A stretch of DNA of 33,364 nucleotides from Miltoncostaeaceae bacterium. Its GTDB lineage: Bacteria > Actinomycetota > Thermoleophilia > Miltoncostaeales > Miltoncostaeaceae. Location of the stretch: NCBI GenBank assembly GCA_035537655.1, contig DATLLV010000102.1, forward strand, positions 1 to 33,364. Reading direction: 5' to 3'. Both the position numbers and the translations under genes were made by a program. Each line of letters starts with the position of its first letter. Position 1 is the first letter of the stretch. Below the pieces are notes generated by a model that did no database searches, had not been told where the DNA came from, and saw only the letters and a program-made list of their open reading frames with translations. Shown here in pieces: positions 1 to 8,604 of this stretch.

Positions 1-381
1 AGCGGCCGCGGCCGCTGGAGGCCCAGGGCCAGGGCGAGCCGCGTGGCGCGCCGGTGCTGGTGGCGGATCCGCGAGGCGACGTCGGGGCCGCGGGGCAGCC
101 CGCGCGGCGCCGGGCGCTCGTCGACCGGCTGCTCGAGCTCGTCCCGGCTCGCGAGGAAGGCCACCACCTGGCGCAGGCGCCAGGAGCGGCGCAGGCCGCA
201 GGCCGAGGCGGGCCGCGTGCTCCCGGGCGCGGTGGCCGAGGCGCGCGACCGAGTCGCGGATCGCCTGGGGATCGGCCTGGGCCGCCCCAGGGGGCGGGTC
301 GGCGGCCGACTCGGCCGCCTGGGCGGCGGCGGGGACGACGACGACCGCGATCGCGAGCGCGACGAGCGAACGGCTCCTCAT
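1..381 (-). CDS. putative secreted protein, N-terminal part only (runs off the left edge); reading frame appears to change around 195-250
   Basis: ATG at 381 on the minus strand, with GGAAGGAA 6 nt upstream. The translation MRSRSLVALAIAVVVVPAAAQAAES looks like a Sec signal peptide. G/C at third positions holds in this frame only down to about 200. After that a neighbouring frame (..WRLRQVVAFLASRDELEQPVDERP..) has the coding signature. It is absent from the ORF track because there is no stop inside the window. Confidence 0.35.
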   Translation of the reverse strand, partial: MRSRSLVALAIAVVVVPAAAQAAESAADPPPGAAQADPQAIRDSVARLGHRAREHAARLGLRPAPLLAPAPGGGLPREPGRARAAGRRAPGAARAAPRPRRRLADPPPAPARHAARPGPGPPAAAAA

Positions 382-612
382 ACGGTTCCTTCCGTGGGGG
401 ACGGGGCGCCGTGCGCGGGCGGGCACCGCCGGAGGCGTTCCGGACGGCGCCGAGGCCGCGGGCGGGCCCGCGCCGACGTTCGGTCGGGGATGGCGCGGGC
501 AGCGGGGGATGGAAGCCCACCCCCGCCGCCGCGGCAAGTACCCATCCGTCATGGGCCGAAACCGCAGAATCTGCTACGTGCGGGAATCCGGGCCGCGGCC
601 CGCTCGCTGCCC

Positions 613-618
613 TAGGCT
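613..618 (+). promoter_or_regulatory. candidate -10 box (TAGGCT) for a leaderless transcript starting at GTG 625
   Basis: taggct-cccgcc-gtg. No SD is present. An in-frame TAG at 613 makes GTG 625 the first possible start. Confidence 0.3.
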
Positions 619-624
619 CCCGCC

Positions 625-1608
625 GTGGCCGCCGACGACCGCGCCCAGCGCCGCGCCCGGTTCCTGCGCGAGCTGGCGGCGCGGGACCTCTACGAGTGGT
701 TCGGGATCCCCCCCGACGCGGGCGACGACGCCATCCGGGAGGCGGCCGAGCGCAAGCGGCGCGAGCTGGCCTCGACGCCGATGCCGCAGCGGACGCGCCA
801 GATCGAGCGCGCCTTCTGCGACCAGGGCGAGAGGGTGCTGCTGCGGTCCGACTACCGGCGCGACTACGACGCGCTGCTGCGCGCCTCACGGACGCCCGAG
901 TCGACGGGCCAGAACCGGGCCGTGGCCGAGCGCGAGGCCCGCCTGCGGGCCGCCCGCGAGCGCATCGAGCGGTACGGCGACGACGACGCGCGCATGGCGC
1001 CCGGGCCGGCCACGCTGCTGGCGGCCCCCGACGCGCGCGAGCGCCTCGAGGCCGAGCGGGCCGCGGCGGCGGCGGTCGCCGACCCGGCCGAGGCGCTGGC
1101 GGCCGCCCGCCGCGCCCGGGTGGAGGGCGAGTCGCTGCGCGCGCTGGCGTTCGCCGAGCGGGCCCAGGCGCTGGCGGCCACCCCGCGGGCGCTCACCACG
1201 CTCGCGAGCGCACGGCGCGACGTCGGCGACCTGGCCGGGAGCGAGGCCGCCGCGCGCGAGGGGCTGCGGCAGCTGCCGACGGTGCGCGAGAACGCGCCGG
1301 GCTGGACCGCGCTCGGCGCCACCCTGCGCGCCCGGGGCCAGCTCGACGCCGCGGCCGACGCCGCCGCCCGCCTGATCGAGGAGGACGAGGAGGACCCGCA
1401 CGGCTGGCGGGTCATGGCCCTGGTCGACACCGACCGCGGCGAGACCCTGCGGGCGGGCGAGGCGTGGGAGCGCTCCGCCCGCCTGGGCCTCGACGTCCCC
1501 GGGGCGCTGGCCGGCCTCGAGGTGCTGCGGCGCGCCAGCCTGGCCCGCAACGACTCGCTCGCGGCGGCCGACATCGAGAGCCGCATCGCGCGGATCAGGC
1601 GGGGCTGA
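625..1608 (+). CDS. hypothetical protein with a J-domain-like N-terminus lacking HPD and an Ala-rich TPR-like C-terminal half
   Basis: 327-aa ORF. DLYEWFGIPPDAGDDAIREAAERKRRELA resembles J-domain helices I-II, but no HPD tripeptide follows. The C-terminal half is helical-repeat-like. Composition is protein-like, unlike the overlapping frames. Confidence 0.6.
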   Translation: MAADDRAQRRARFLRELAARDLYEWFGIPPDAGDDAIREAAERKRRELASTPMPQRTRQIERAFCDQGERVLLRSDYRRDYDALLRASRTPESTGQNRAVAEREARLRAARERIERYGDDDARMAPGPATLLAAPDARERLEAERAAAAAVADPAEALAAARRARVEGESLRALAFAERAQALAATPRALTTLASARRDVGDLAGSEAAAREGLRQLPTVRENAPGWTALGATLRARGQLDAAADAAARLIEEDEEDPHGWRVMALVDTDRGETLRAGEAWERSARLGLDVPGALAGLEVLRRASLARNDSLAAADIESRIARIRRG

Positions 1609-2305
1609 GCCCCCGCTCCCGCCAGGCCGGTCCGAGCCGCAGGCGCTCGCCGTGGTCGCGCAGCCACGCGCGCGGCGCGGAGAAGCCGGGCGCCACCTCG
1701 CCCAACAGGCCCCAGTAGGCCGCGGAGTGGTCGGGCCGCAGCAGGTGGCAGACCTCGTGCGCGACGACGTAGTCGAGCACCGCCTCCGGCGCCAGCAGCA
1801 GGCGCCAGGAGTAGGAGAGCCGCCCCGAGGTCGCGCAGCTGCCCCAGCGGCTGCGCGGGTCGCGGATCGTCACGGCCGCCACGGTCGCGCCCAGCCGGGC
1901 GGCCAGCGCGCGCGAGCGCGCCCCCAGCACGCGACCCGCCTCGCGGCGGTACCAGCGCTCGACCAGCCGGTCCAGGTCGCCGCCCGGCCCCAGCCGCGCG
2001 ACCAGGCGGCCGTCCTCGCGGCGGGCGGCGCTGCGGCCGGCGGGCGGCCCGAGGGCCAGCTCCAGGCCGCCGTCGAGCAGTGCGAGGCGGTCGCCGGGCG
2101 CGAGCGGCGCGGGCGGCGGCCCCAGGCGCGCCCGCTGCTCGGCCACCCAACCGGCCTGGCCGCGCAGGAACTCCTCGACCTGGCGGGGGCTGGTCCGGGG
2201 CGGCACCGTCAGGCGGACGCCGGCGAGCGACACCCGCAGCGTGATGCGCCGGGCGCCGCGGTGCCGGACCACCTGGCAAGGGAAGGGAGGATCGCCGCGG
2301 GGCAC
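1595..2305 (-). CDS. YgjP/DUF45-type (M48-like) metal-dependent hydrolase
   Basis: 236 aa with a GTG start. It carries WGSC followed by the HEVCHL (HExxH) motif and the ..W.. C-terminus typical of YgjP-like proteins. It overlaps the convergent upstream gene by 14 nt. Confidence 0.85.
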   Translation of the reverse strand: MPRGDPPFPCQVVRHRGARRITLRVSLAGVRLTVPPRTSPRQVEEFLRGQAGWVAEQRARLGPPPAPLAPGDRLALLDGGLELALGPPAGRSAARREDGRLVARLGPGGDLDRLVERWYRREAGRVLGARSRALAARLGATVAAVTIRDPRSRWGSCATSGRLSYSWRLLLAPEAVLDYVVAHEVCHLLRPDHSAAYWGLLGEVAPGFSAPRAWLRDHGERLRLGPAWRERGLSPA

Positions 2306-2313
2306 CGCGCCGC

Positions 2314-2319
2314 AGGCTA
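2314..2319 (-). promoter_or_regulatory. candidate -10 box (TAGCCT on the minus strand), 8 nt upstream of GTG 2305
   Basis: Minus strand reads tagcct-gcggcgcg-gtg. There is no SD. It lies in the 22-nt gap after the hydrolase stop. Confidence 0.25.
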
Positions 2320-2327
2320 GCGGCGGC

Positions 2328-4166
2328 TCAGGTCGACGCGAAGACCGCTGCCGCGTCGAGCGCGTCGGCCGGCAGCCGCACCGGGGGCCGCCCGCGCAGC
2401 TTCAGGCTCACGCCGCGGGGCCCAAACCGCGCCGTGGCGGCGCCCGAGGGGTACGTGACCGCGAGCCGGCCGCGCACCTCGAGGAAGTCGGCCCCCAGCA
2501 CTCCCGAGACGTGCACCCCGGGCACGTACGAGTAGCGGCGCAGGACGATGGCGAAGCTCGGCGTCAGGTCGGCGTCGGCGGTGCCGCCGCGCAGGCCCGT
2601 CGCCGGGTCGCCGCCGGCCGCCGCCGCGCGGGGCAGGTCCGACAGCGTGGCCTGCAGGGCGCCCAGGGCCACGGTCACCGGCCGCCCGTCGGGCAGCGTC
2701 GCGACGAACCCGGCCCAAGTGAGCGGCGGCTGGGGGAGCAGCGGCGCCGAGGGGGCCAGCTCGGCGCACGGGCGCCCGACGGGCCGCCCGGCGAAGAACC
2801 GCCGCACGCCGACGTCGACGCAGGCGTCGTCCCCCGTGATGACCGAGTGGCCGCGGTGGGGCACGGTCAGCACCTGCGCCCGCGGCAGCGCCGCCGCGAA
2901 CCGGCGCGCACCCTCCAGCGGCGTCCGCAGGTCGTCCTCGCCCGAGAGGATCAGGACGGGCACGTCGGGAAGCGGCGCCGAGGCCCGCCCCGCGCCGGCC
3001 TCGGGCCAGCCGACGCAGGGGACCACCGGGCTGAGCGAGGCGACCGACGCCGCCGTGAACGGCCCGCGGGCCGCCGCGGCCGCCGCGGCGGCGTCGAGGG
3101 CGGCGACCCGGCCTGCGGGCGGCGTGTCCGCCGTCCACGGGACGGGGGTGTCCGCGCAGCGCGCCGCCAGGAAGGCGGCCGTGCTGAGGCGGGTCGGCTG
3201 CGCCGTGCCGCCGCCCCCGGGCTCCGCGAGGCGGCGCAGCAGGGTCGCGTCGCCCGCGAGGGCCATGCGCACGGCCGCGGGGAAGGCGGCGCGCGCGCGC
3301 GCATCGAGGTCGCCGAGGAGCAGGGCGCCGAGGAGGGCGCCGGGCTCACGCGGGCCGCCCAGGCCCGCGGCGGTCGCGACGCCTGCGCGGTTGACGGCGA
3401 GGCCGGGCACGGCGCGCCGGGCGAGGATCCGCTCGAGCCGGCGCACGTCGCCCTCGAGGCCCGGCGCCAGCGCGCCCAGCACGCGCGGCGCCGCGGCGAC
3501 CGTGTCCGCGCGGTCGGCGCCGTCGCCGGCCTCCGGCACGATCGAGTCGAGCAGCAGCCGGTCCACCCGCTCGGGGTGGGCTCGCGCGTAGCGGGCCGCG
3601 ACGTACGTGCCGTACGAGGTCCCGCCCACCGCCCAGCGCTCGACGCCCAGGCGCCGCCGGACCACGTCGAGGTCCTCCACGACCTGGTCCGTGGTGTAGA
3701 GCCGCCGGGCCGGGCCGATCGTCCCGGCGCACGCCGCCGCCGCCGCGGCCAGCTCCCCCGCGGGCGCCTCGCCGTCGAGCGCGGGGCACGAGAGCGCTCC
3801 CGAGCGGCCCGTCCCGCGCACGTCCAGCGCCACGATCTCGCGGTTGCCGGACAGGGCGCGCAGCCGGACCATCAGGTCGGCCGACTGGCGCGCGATGCCC
3901 GCCTGGCCGGGGCCGCCGCTCAGGTACAGCAGCGCGCCCCGCGACGGGCGGCCGGGCCGGGGCGGCAGGCGTGAGACCACGAGCCGGAGGGTGCCGCTCG
4001 CGGGCGCCGCGTGGTCGAGGGGGACCTCGACGACCCCGCACTGCAGGAGCTCCGGGCAGGAGAGCAGCGGCCCCGGCGGGGGCGCGGCGCCGGCCGTCGC
4101 GGACAGGCACGCGAGTGCGGCGCCGGCCGCGGCGGCGGCCAGGGCGAGGTGGGCGCGGCGTCGCAT
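2328..4166 (-). CDS. secreted alpha/beta hydrolase, tripeptidyl-aminopeptidase-like (S33 family)
   Basis: I take the start at the internal ATG at 4166 (MRRRAHLALAAAAAGAALACLSATAGA, a signal peptide). The nucleophile elbow is GGTSYGT. A TAP-like C-terminal region reads PVLILSGEDDLRTP...HRGHSV. The upstream 111 codons of the listed ORF are Arg/Gly junk. Confidence 0.85.
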   Translation of the reverse strand: MRRRAHLALAAAAAGAALACLSATAGAAPPPGPLLSCPELLQCGVVEVPLDHAAPASGTLRLVVSRLPPRPGRPSRGALLYLSGGPGQAGIARQSADLMVRLRALSGNREIVALDVRGTGRSGALSCPALDGEAPAGELAAAAAACAGTIGPARRLYTTDQVVEDLDVVRRRLGVERWAVGGTSYGTYVAARYARAHPERVDRLLLDSIVPEAGDGADRADTVAAAPRVLGALAPGLEGDVRRLERILARRAVPGLAVNRAGVATAAGLGGPREPGALLGALLLGDLDARARAAFPAAVRMALAGDATLLRRLAEPGGGGTAQPTRLSTAAFLAARCADTPVPWTADTPPAGRVAALDAAAAAAAARGPFTAASVASLSPVVPCVGWPEAGAGRASAPLPDVPVLILSGEDDLRTPLEGARRFAAALPRAQVLTVPHRGHSVITGDDACVDVGVRRFFAGRPVGRPCAELAPSAPLLPQPPLTWAGFVATLPDGRPVTVALGALQATLSDLPRAAAAGGDPATGLRGGTADADLTPSFAIVLRRYSYVPGVHVSGVLGADFLEVRGRLAVTYPSGAATARFGPRGVSLKLRGRPPVRLPADALDAAAVFAST

Positions 4167-4228
4167 GCCGCCATCAGACCACGGACCACCAACGCGGCGC
4201 GAACGCCCCGCTGACGACCGCGGCGCGC

Positions 4229-4672
4229 TCAGGCCGGGACGACCAGCACCGGGCAGGGCGCTCCGCGGGCGAGGCGCGCCGTGACGCTGCCGAGCGCGGT
4301 GCGCACGGCGCCGCGCCGGTGCGGGTGCACCACGAGCACGTCGCACCCCCGCTCGCGTGCCCAGGCGGCGATCGCCGCGGCGGCGTCGTCGCCCTGCAGG
4401 ACCACCGCCTCGGCGCCGGCGCGCTCGGCCATCGCGGACAGCCAGGACGCCGCCTCGGCGGCGATGCCCGCGGCCACCTCGTCCTCCGGCGGCGACCACG
4501 CCGTCCGGCCGCCCGAGAAGCGGCCGGCGCTCTCGGCGACGTGCACCAGGCTCAGCGCCGCGCCGGCCATCGCGGCGAGGCGCAGCGCCTCGTCGACGGC
4601 GGGGCCGCCCCCGGGACCGTCGACGCAGCAGCCCACCAGCCGGTAGCCGCGCCGCGCCGGGTCCTCGGACAC
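4229..4672 (-). CDS. universal stress protein family
   Basis: 147 aa with a GTG start. Pattern is ..LVHV.. then ..DVLVV.. then GSVT..L...A.CPVLVV, typical of UspA-type domains. Confidence 0.8.
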   Translation of the reverse strand: MSEDPARRGYRLVGCCVDGPGGGPAVDEALRLAAMAGAALSLVHVAESAGRFSGGRTAWSPPEDEVAAGIAAEAASWLSAMAERAGAEAVVLQGDDAAAAIAAWARERGCDVLVVHPHRRGAVRTALGSVTARLARGAPCPVLVVPA

Positions 4673-4678
4673 GGCCCC

Positions 4679-4684
4679 AGCCTA
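4679..4684 (-). promoter_or_regulatory. candidate -10 box (TAGGCT on the minus strand), 6 nt upstream of GTG 4672
   Basis: Minus strand reads taggct-ggggcc-gtg. There is no SD. Confidence 0.3.
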
Positions 4685-4740
4685 TACGGCACCGGGACGC
4701 CGGCGGCCAAGCCGGACGCGCGCCCCACCCCGGCGTGCGA

Positions 4741-4746
4741 TATCAC
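4741..4746 (+). promoter_or_regulatory. weak candidate -10 box (TATCAC), 6 nt upstream of GTG 4753
   Basis: tatcac-tccgcc-gtggcc parallels taggct-cccgcc-gtggcc at 613. The last base departs from the TANNNT pattern. Confidence 0.2.
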
Positions 4747-4752
4747 TCCGCC

Positions 4753-5388
4753 GTGGCCTGGATCGACGTCAGCGTGCCGCTGCGGACCGGGATGGTGACC
4801 TTCGAGGGCGACCCGGACGTGTCGATCGAGCCGGCGACCCGGATCGCCGCGGGCGACCTCGCGAACGTGAGCCGGATGGAGCTCGGCACCCACACCGGCA
4901 CCCACATGGACGCGCCCCGCCACTTCATCGACGGCGGGCCGGGGATCGACCGCATCCCGCTCGAGGCGCTGGTGGGCCCCGCGCTGGTCGCCGACGCCCG
5001 CGGCGTCCCCGGCGACATCGACGCCGCCGCGCTCGCGGCGCTCGGCGTGCCAGCCGGCACGGAGCGCCTGCTGCTGCGCACGCGCAACGAGGGCCTCTGG
5101 GAGCGGGACGCCTTCACGCGCGACTTCGTGGGCATCGCCGCCGACGCCGCCCGCGACCTGGTGGCGATGGGCGTGCGGCTGGTCGGCATCGACTACCTCT
5201 CGATCGCGCCGAGCGCCGACCCCGCGCCCGCCCACCTCGCGCTGCTGGAGGCCGGCGTGGCGGTGGTCGAGGGCCTCGACCTGCGACAGGCGCCCCCGGG
5301 GGCCTACGAGCTCGTCTGCCTGCCCCTGCGCATCCAGGGCGCCGACGGCGCGCCCGCCCGGGCGCTCATCCGGCCCGCCTCGGCTTAG
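4753..5388 (+). CDS. cyclase-family protein (kynurenine formamidase-like)
   Basis: It contains WIDVSVPL...GTHTGTHMDAPRHF (the HxGTHxDxPxH motif). The start is ambiguous between GTG 4735, GTG 4753 and ATG 4792. I chose 4753 because it keeps the conserved IDxSxP N-terminus. The listed 343-aa ORF start (4357) overlaps the USP gene and translates as Arg/Pro junk. Confidence 0.8.
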   Translation: MAWIDVSVPLRTGMVTFEGDPDVSIEPATRIAAGDLANVSRMELGTHTGTHMDAPRHFIDGGPGIDRIPLEALVGPALVADARGVPGDIDAAALAALGVPAGTERLLLRTRNEGLWERDAFTRDFVGIAADAARDLVAMGVRLVGIDYLSIAPSADPAPAHLALLEAGVAVVEGLDLRQAPPGAYELVCLPLRIQGADGAPARALIRPASA

Positions 5389-5816
5389 GTCCGCAGCTCC
5401 GAGGCCGGCAGGTCGTCGGGCAGCGGGATCTCCTGGGGCGTCCGCGGCTCGGGGTCGTCCCAGTCGGCCCAGGCCAGGCCGTCGCGCCCGGCGTGCTCGC
5501 CCGCCGCGCCGAGGGCGATGAGCACGCAGTCGGCCGGGCCGCGGTTCAGCAGGCGCCGCCGCACCTCGGGGCCGACCCTGGCCAGCTCGCCCTCCCCGAC
5601 GTCGCGCTCCTCACCCTCGAGCTCGAGGGTGAGGGTGCCCCTCAGGACGAGGTAGACCTCCTCCTGGCGCTCGTGGCGGTGGATGCGGCCGCGCTGGCCG
5701 GGGCGAAGCATCATCTGGTTCAGGCCGAAGGAGGTGACCCCCAGCCGGCGCCGCAGCGGCACGAAGCGCTCGGGCGAGTCGAGCTCCAGGCGCGTCACGG
5801 TGACCCCGGACTCCAT
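5385..5816 (-). CDS. cupin-domain protein
   Basis: 143 aa with GRIHRHERQEEVYLVLRG...ARVGP (cupin motifs 1 and 2). Its stop shares 4 nt (ttag) with the cyclase stop. Confidence 0.8.
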   Translation of the reverse strand: MESGVTVTRLELDSPERFVPLRRRLGVTSFGLNQMMLRPGQRGRIHRHERQEEVYLVLRGTLTLELEGEERDVGEGELARVGPEVRRRLLNRGPADCVLIALGAAGEHAGRDGLAWADWDDPEPRTPQEIPLPDDLPASELRT

Positions 5817-5823
5817 GCGCCAG

Positions 5824-5833
5824 ACCCTAAAGT
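5824..5833. promoter_or_regulatory. two overlapping divergent candidate -10 boxes in a 23-bp intergenic region
   Basis: Plus strand: taaagt (5828-5833)-acgaac-GTG 5840 (metX). Minus strand: tagggt (5829-5824)-ctggcgc-ATG 5816 (cupin). Confidence 0.35.
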
Positions 5834-5839
5834 ACGAAC

Positions 5840-6988
5840 GTGCCGGTTGAGCAGGTCGAGACGCGCAGCGCGGTCCTGTTCGACGGGGAGCGACCGCTGG
5901 CGCTCGACTCGGGCGCGACGCTGGCGCCCGTGGAGGTCGCCTACGAGACCTACGGGACGCTCGACGCGGCGGCCGCGAACGCCGTCGTGGTCTGCCACGC
6001 CCTGACCGGCGACGCCCACGCCGCCGGCCACCACGGCGACCCGTCGCGGCGGGGGTGGTGGGACAACATGATCGGGCCGGGCCGGCCGCTGGACACCGAC
6101 CGCTTCTTCGTGATCTGCGCCAACCTTCTCGGCGGCTGCCGGGGCACGACGGGACCCTCGTCGGTCGACCCGGCCAGCGGCCGCCCCTACGGGCTGCGCT
6201 TCCCGCTGTTCACCGTCCGCGACCTGGTCCGGGTCCAGCGCGCGGTGACCCGCCACCTCGGGGTCGAGCGGCCGCTGGCGGCCATCGGCGGCTCCCTCGG
6301 CGGCATGCAGGCGCTGCAGTGGGCGCTCGACGCGCCCGGCGAGCTGGGCGCCGCCGTGGTGGTCTGCGCCAGCAGCCGCCTCTCGGCCCAGAACATCGCC
6401 TTCTCGGCCGTCGCGCGCACGGCGATCATGAGCGACCCGGACTTCTGCGGCGGCGACTACCAGGAGGCGGGCGTGCGCCCGGACCGGGGCCTGGCGGTGG
6501 CCCGCCAGATGGCGCACATCACCTACCTCTCGGCCGAGTCGATGCGGCGCAAGTTCGGCCGCCGACTGCAGGACGGCGACGTCCCGCGGCTCGGCTTCGA
6601 CGTCGACTTCCAGGTGGAGAGCTACCTGCGCCACCAGGGCGAGTCGTTCCTGCGCCGGTTCGACGCCAACAGCTACCTCTACCTCAGCCGGGTCATGGAC
6701 TACTACGAGCCGTTCGCCGACCCGGTGGCGACCGCGGAGGCCGTGAGCGCCATGACGAGCGACGTGCTCGTGATCTCGTTCGACAGCGACTGGCGCTTCG
6801 ACACGGCGCACGCGCGCGAGATCGTGCGCACGCTGGCCGCCCACGGCGCCCCGGTGAGCTTCCGCGAGGTCGCCTCGCCCCACGGCCACGACTCGTTCCT
6901 GCTCGAGGTGCCCGAGTACCACCGCACGGTGGCCGCGTTCCTCGACCGGGTCGCGCGCGAGCGCGTCCCGGCGGCCGCGACGGCGTGA
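5840..6988 (+). CDS. metX: homoserine O-acetyltransferase
   Basis: 382 aa. It has NAVVVCHALTGDAH, WWDNMIGPGRPLDTDRFFVICANLLGGCRGTTGPSS and GGSLGGMQALQWA (nucleophile elbow), a classic MetX/MetXA pattern. Confidence 0.95.
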   Translation: MPVEQVETRSAVLFDGERPLALDSGATLAPVEVAYETYGTLDAAAANAVVVCHALTGDAHAAGHHGDPSRRGWWDNMIGPGRPLDTDRFFVICANLLGGCRGTTGPSSVDPASGRPYGLRFPLFTVRDLVRVQRAVTRHLGVERPLAAIGGSLGGMQALQWALDAPGELGAAVVVCASSRLSAQNIAFSAVARTAIMSDPDFCGGDYQEAGVRPDRGLAVARQMAHITYLSAESMRRKFGRRLQDGDVPRLGFDVDFQVESYLRHQGESFLRRFDANSYLYLSRVMDYYEPFADPVATAEAVSAMTSDVLVISFDSDWRFDTAHAREIVRTLAAHGAPVSFREVASPHGHDSFLLEVPEYHRTVAAFLDRVARERVPAAATA

Positions 6989-7578
6989 GGGCCGACCTCG
7001 ACCTGGTCGCCCGGATGGTCGCGCCCGGGTCGCGCGTCCTCGACCTCGGCTGCGGGGACGGCGACCTGCTGGCCGCGCTGATCCGCGACCGGGGCTGCCG
7101 CGGGCAGGGCGTCGAGGTCTCGCGCGAGGCGCTGCACGCGTGCATCGCGCGCGGGGTGCCGGTGGTCGAGGCGGACATCGACGAGGGGCTGCCCGACTTC
7201 GAGGACGGGGCCTTCGACGTGGTCGTGCTCTCGCAGACGCTGCCGGCCGTCCACCGGCCCGCCGTCGCCCTCCGCGAGATGACGCGCGTCGGGCGGCTGG
7301 GGATCGTCTCCTTCCCCAACGTGGCCCACTGGCGGCCGCGCATGCAGCTGGCGATGAGGGGGAAGATGCCGGTGACGAGGACGCTCCCCCAGCGCTGGCA
7401 CGTGACGACGAACATCCACCTCTGCACCATCCGAGACTTCGAGGCGCTCGCGCGCGCCGAGGACCTGACCCTCCTCGAGCGGCGCCTGCTCGACGCCGGC
7501 GGCGGCCCCGCGCCGCCGCGGGCGTCGCGACGACCCAACCTGCTCGCGGCGGGGGCGGTCTACATGCTGCGGCGCTAG
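6985..7578 (+). CDS. metW: methionine biosynthesis protein MetW
   Basis: The GTG at 6985 overlaps the metX TGA (GTGA). It has RVLDLGCGDGDLL (SAM-MTase-like fold) and ..HLCTIRDFE.., typical of MetW. About 197 aa. Confidence 0.9.
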   Translation: MRADLDLVARMVAPGSRVLDLGCGDGDLLAALIRDRGCRGQGVEVSREALHACIARGVPVVEADIDEGLPDFEDGAFDVVVLSQTLPAVHRPAVALREMTRVGRLGIVSFPNVAHWRPRMQLAMRGKMPVTRTLPQRWHVTTNIHLCTIRDFEALARAEDLTLLERRLLDAGGGPAPPRASRRPNLLAAGAVYMLRR

Positions 7579-7587
7579 CCCCCTCCG

Positions 7588-8538
7588 ATGGACTCCATCC
7601 GCAGCTTCATCGACGCCGTCCAGGCCTTCGGCGAGCGCCTCGCCGCCGTGCACTGGGGCTTCCTGGTGGCCGCCATCGCCTTCAGCGTGGCCAACCTGGC
7701 GCTGCGCTCGCGGGCCTGGCAGCAGATCCTGCGGGCGGCGCTGCCGGAGGAGCGGATCCGCTACCGCACCGCCTTCGGCGCCTACTGCTCCGGCGTCGGG
7801 GTCAACGCGATCATCCCGGCGCGCGCCGGGGACGTGGTGAAGCTCTTCCTGGTCAAGCGCACGACGCGCTCGGCCCGCTACCCGACGCTGATCGGCACCC
7901 TGGCGGCCGAGACGATCTTCGACTTCTTCGTCGCGAGCGCCCTCCTGATCTGGGCGCTCGCGGCCGGGGTGCTGCCGGGCCTGCGGCTGCCCGACATCCC
8001 GGCCTTCGATCTCTCCTGGGCCTTCCGCAACGGCTGGGTGCTCCTGGGGATCGCCATCGCCCTGCTCGTGCTGGGGGCCCTGCTGGGGCGGCGCCTAAAG
8101 GCGTTCTGGCGCCAGTTCGGCCAGGGCCTGGCCATCGTGCGCCGGCCCGGGCGCTACCTGGCCCACGTCGTCCCCTGGCAGGCGGCGGGGTGGGCCTGCC
8201 GGATCGGCGGGGCGTGGTTCTTCCTCGACGCCTTCGGCATCCCCGCGGGGATCGAGAACGCCTTCATCGTGCAGGTCGCGGGGAGCCTCGGCAGCCTCTT
8301 CCCGGCCACGCCGGGCGGGCTCGGGCCCACCCAGGCCCTGCTCGTCGTGATGCTGGCCGGCGAGGCCGGGCGCACCGCGATCCTGGCCTTCAGCGCCGGC
8401 ATGGAGCTCACCCTGCTGATCGTGAACGTCGCCCTCGCGGTGGTCTGCATGGCGCTGATGCTGCGCAACCTGCGGTTCCGCAGGGCGATCGCCCAGGCCC
8501 GCGCCGACCAGGCGGCCGACGCGCCCCGTCGGGGGTAG
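7588..8538 (+). CDS. UPF0104 / lysyl-phosphatidylglycerol-synthase-TM-region-like (flippase-like) membrane protein
   Basis: 316 aa with multiple hydrophobic segments. It has the LRSRAWQQIL and GVNAIIPARAGDVVK signature of this family. Confidence 0.75.
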   Translation: MDSIRSFIDAVQAFGERLAAVHWGFLVAAIAFSVANLALRSRAWQQILRAALPEERIRYRTAFGAYCSGVGVNAIIPARAGDVVKLFLVKRTTRSARYPTLIGTLAAETIFDFFVASALLIWALAAGVLPGLRLPDIPAFDLSWAFRNGWVLLGIAIALLVLGALLGRRLKAFWRQFGQGLAIVRRPGRYLAHVVPWQAAGWACRIGGAWFFLDAFGIPAGIENAFIVQVAGSLGSLFPATPGGLGPTQALLVVMLAGEAGRTAILAFSAGMELTLLIVNVALAVVCMALMLRNLRFRRAIAQARADQAADAPRRG

Positions 8539-8604
8539 CGGGCTTGTCCGCCGCCGCCCGGTGGGGGAGGCTGGCCGTCCGGGAAGCGACCGAGGAGGCG
8601 GGCC

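Noticed and set aside
382-624. The 243-bp non-coding region, the largest in the window, as a riboswitch or small RNA
   Set aside because: I compared it by eye with the consensus cores I remember (TPP, SAM-I/IV, glycine, cobalamin, ZTP, c-di-AMP, 6C). No convincing match was found, only generic GC-rich pairing potential. Covariance-model scanning would be needed to exclude a structured RNA.
43-2320. Plus- and minus-strand ORFs 43..615, 54..1718, 509..1375, 864..2279 and 1652..2320
   Set aside because: All are Arg/Pro/Gly/Ala low-complexity translations in frames overlapping better-supported genes (the J-like protein and the YgjP-like hydrolase).
4167-4499. A 111-codon N-terminal extension of the alpha/beta hydrolase ORF
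   Set aside because: The extension is Arg/Gly junk and overlaps the USP gene. An internal ATG at 4166 is followed by a proper signal peptide.
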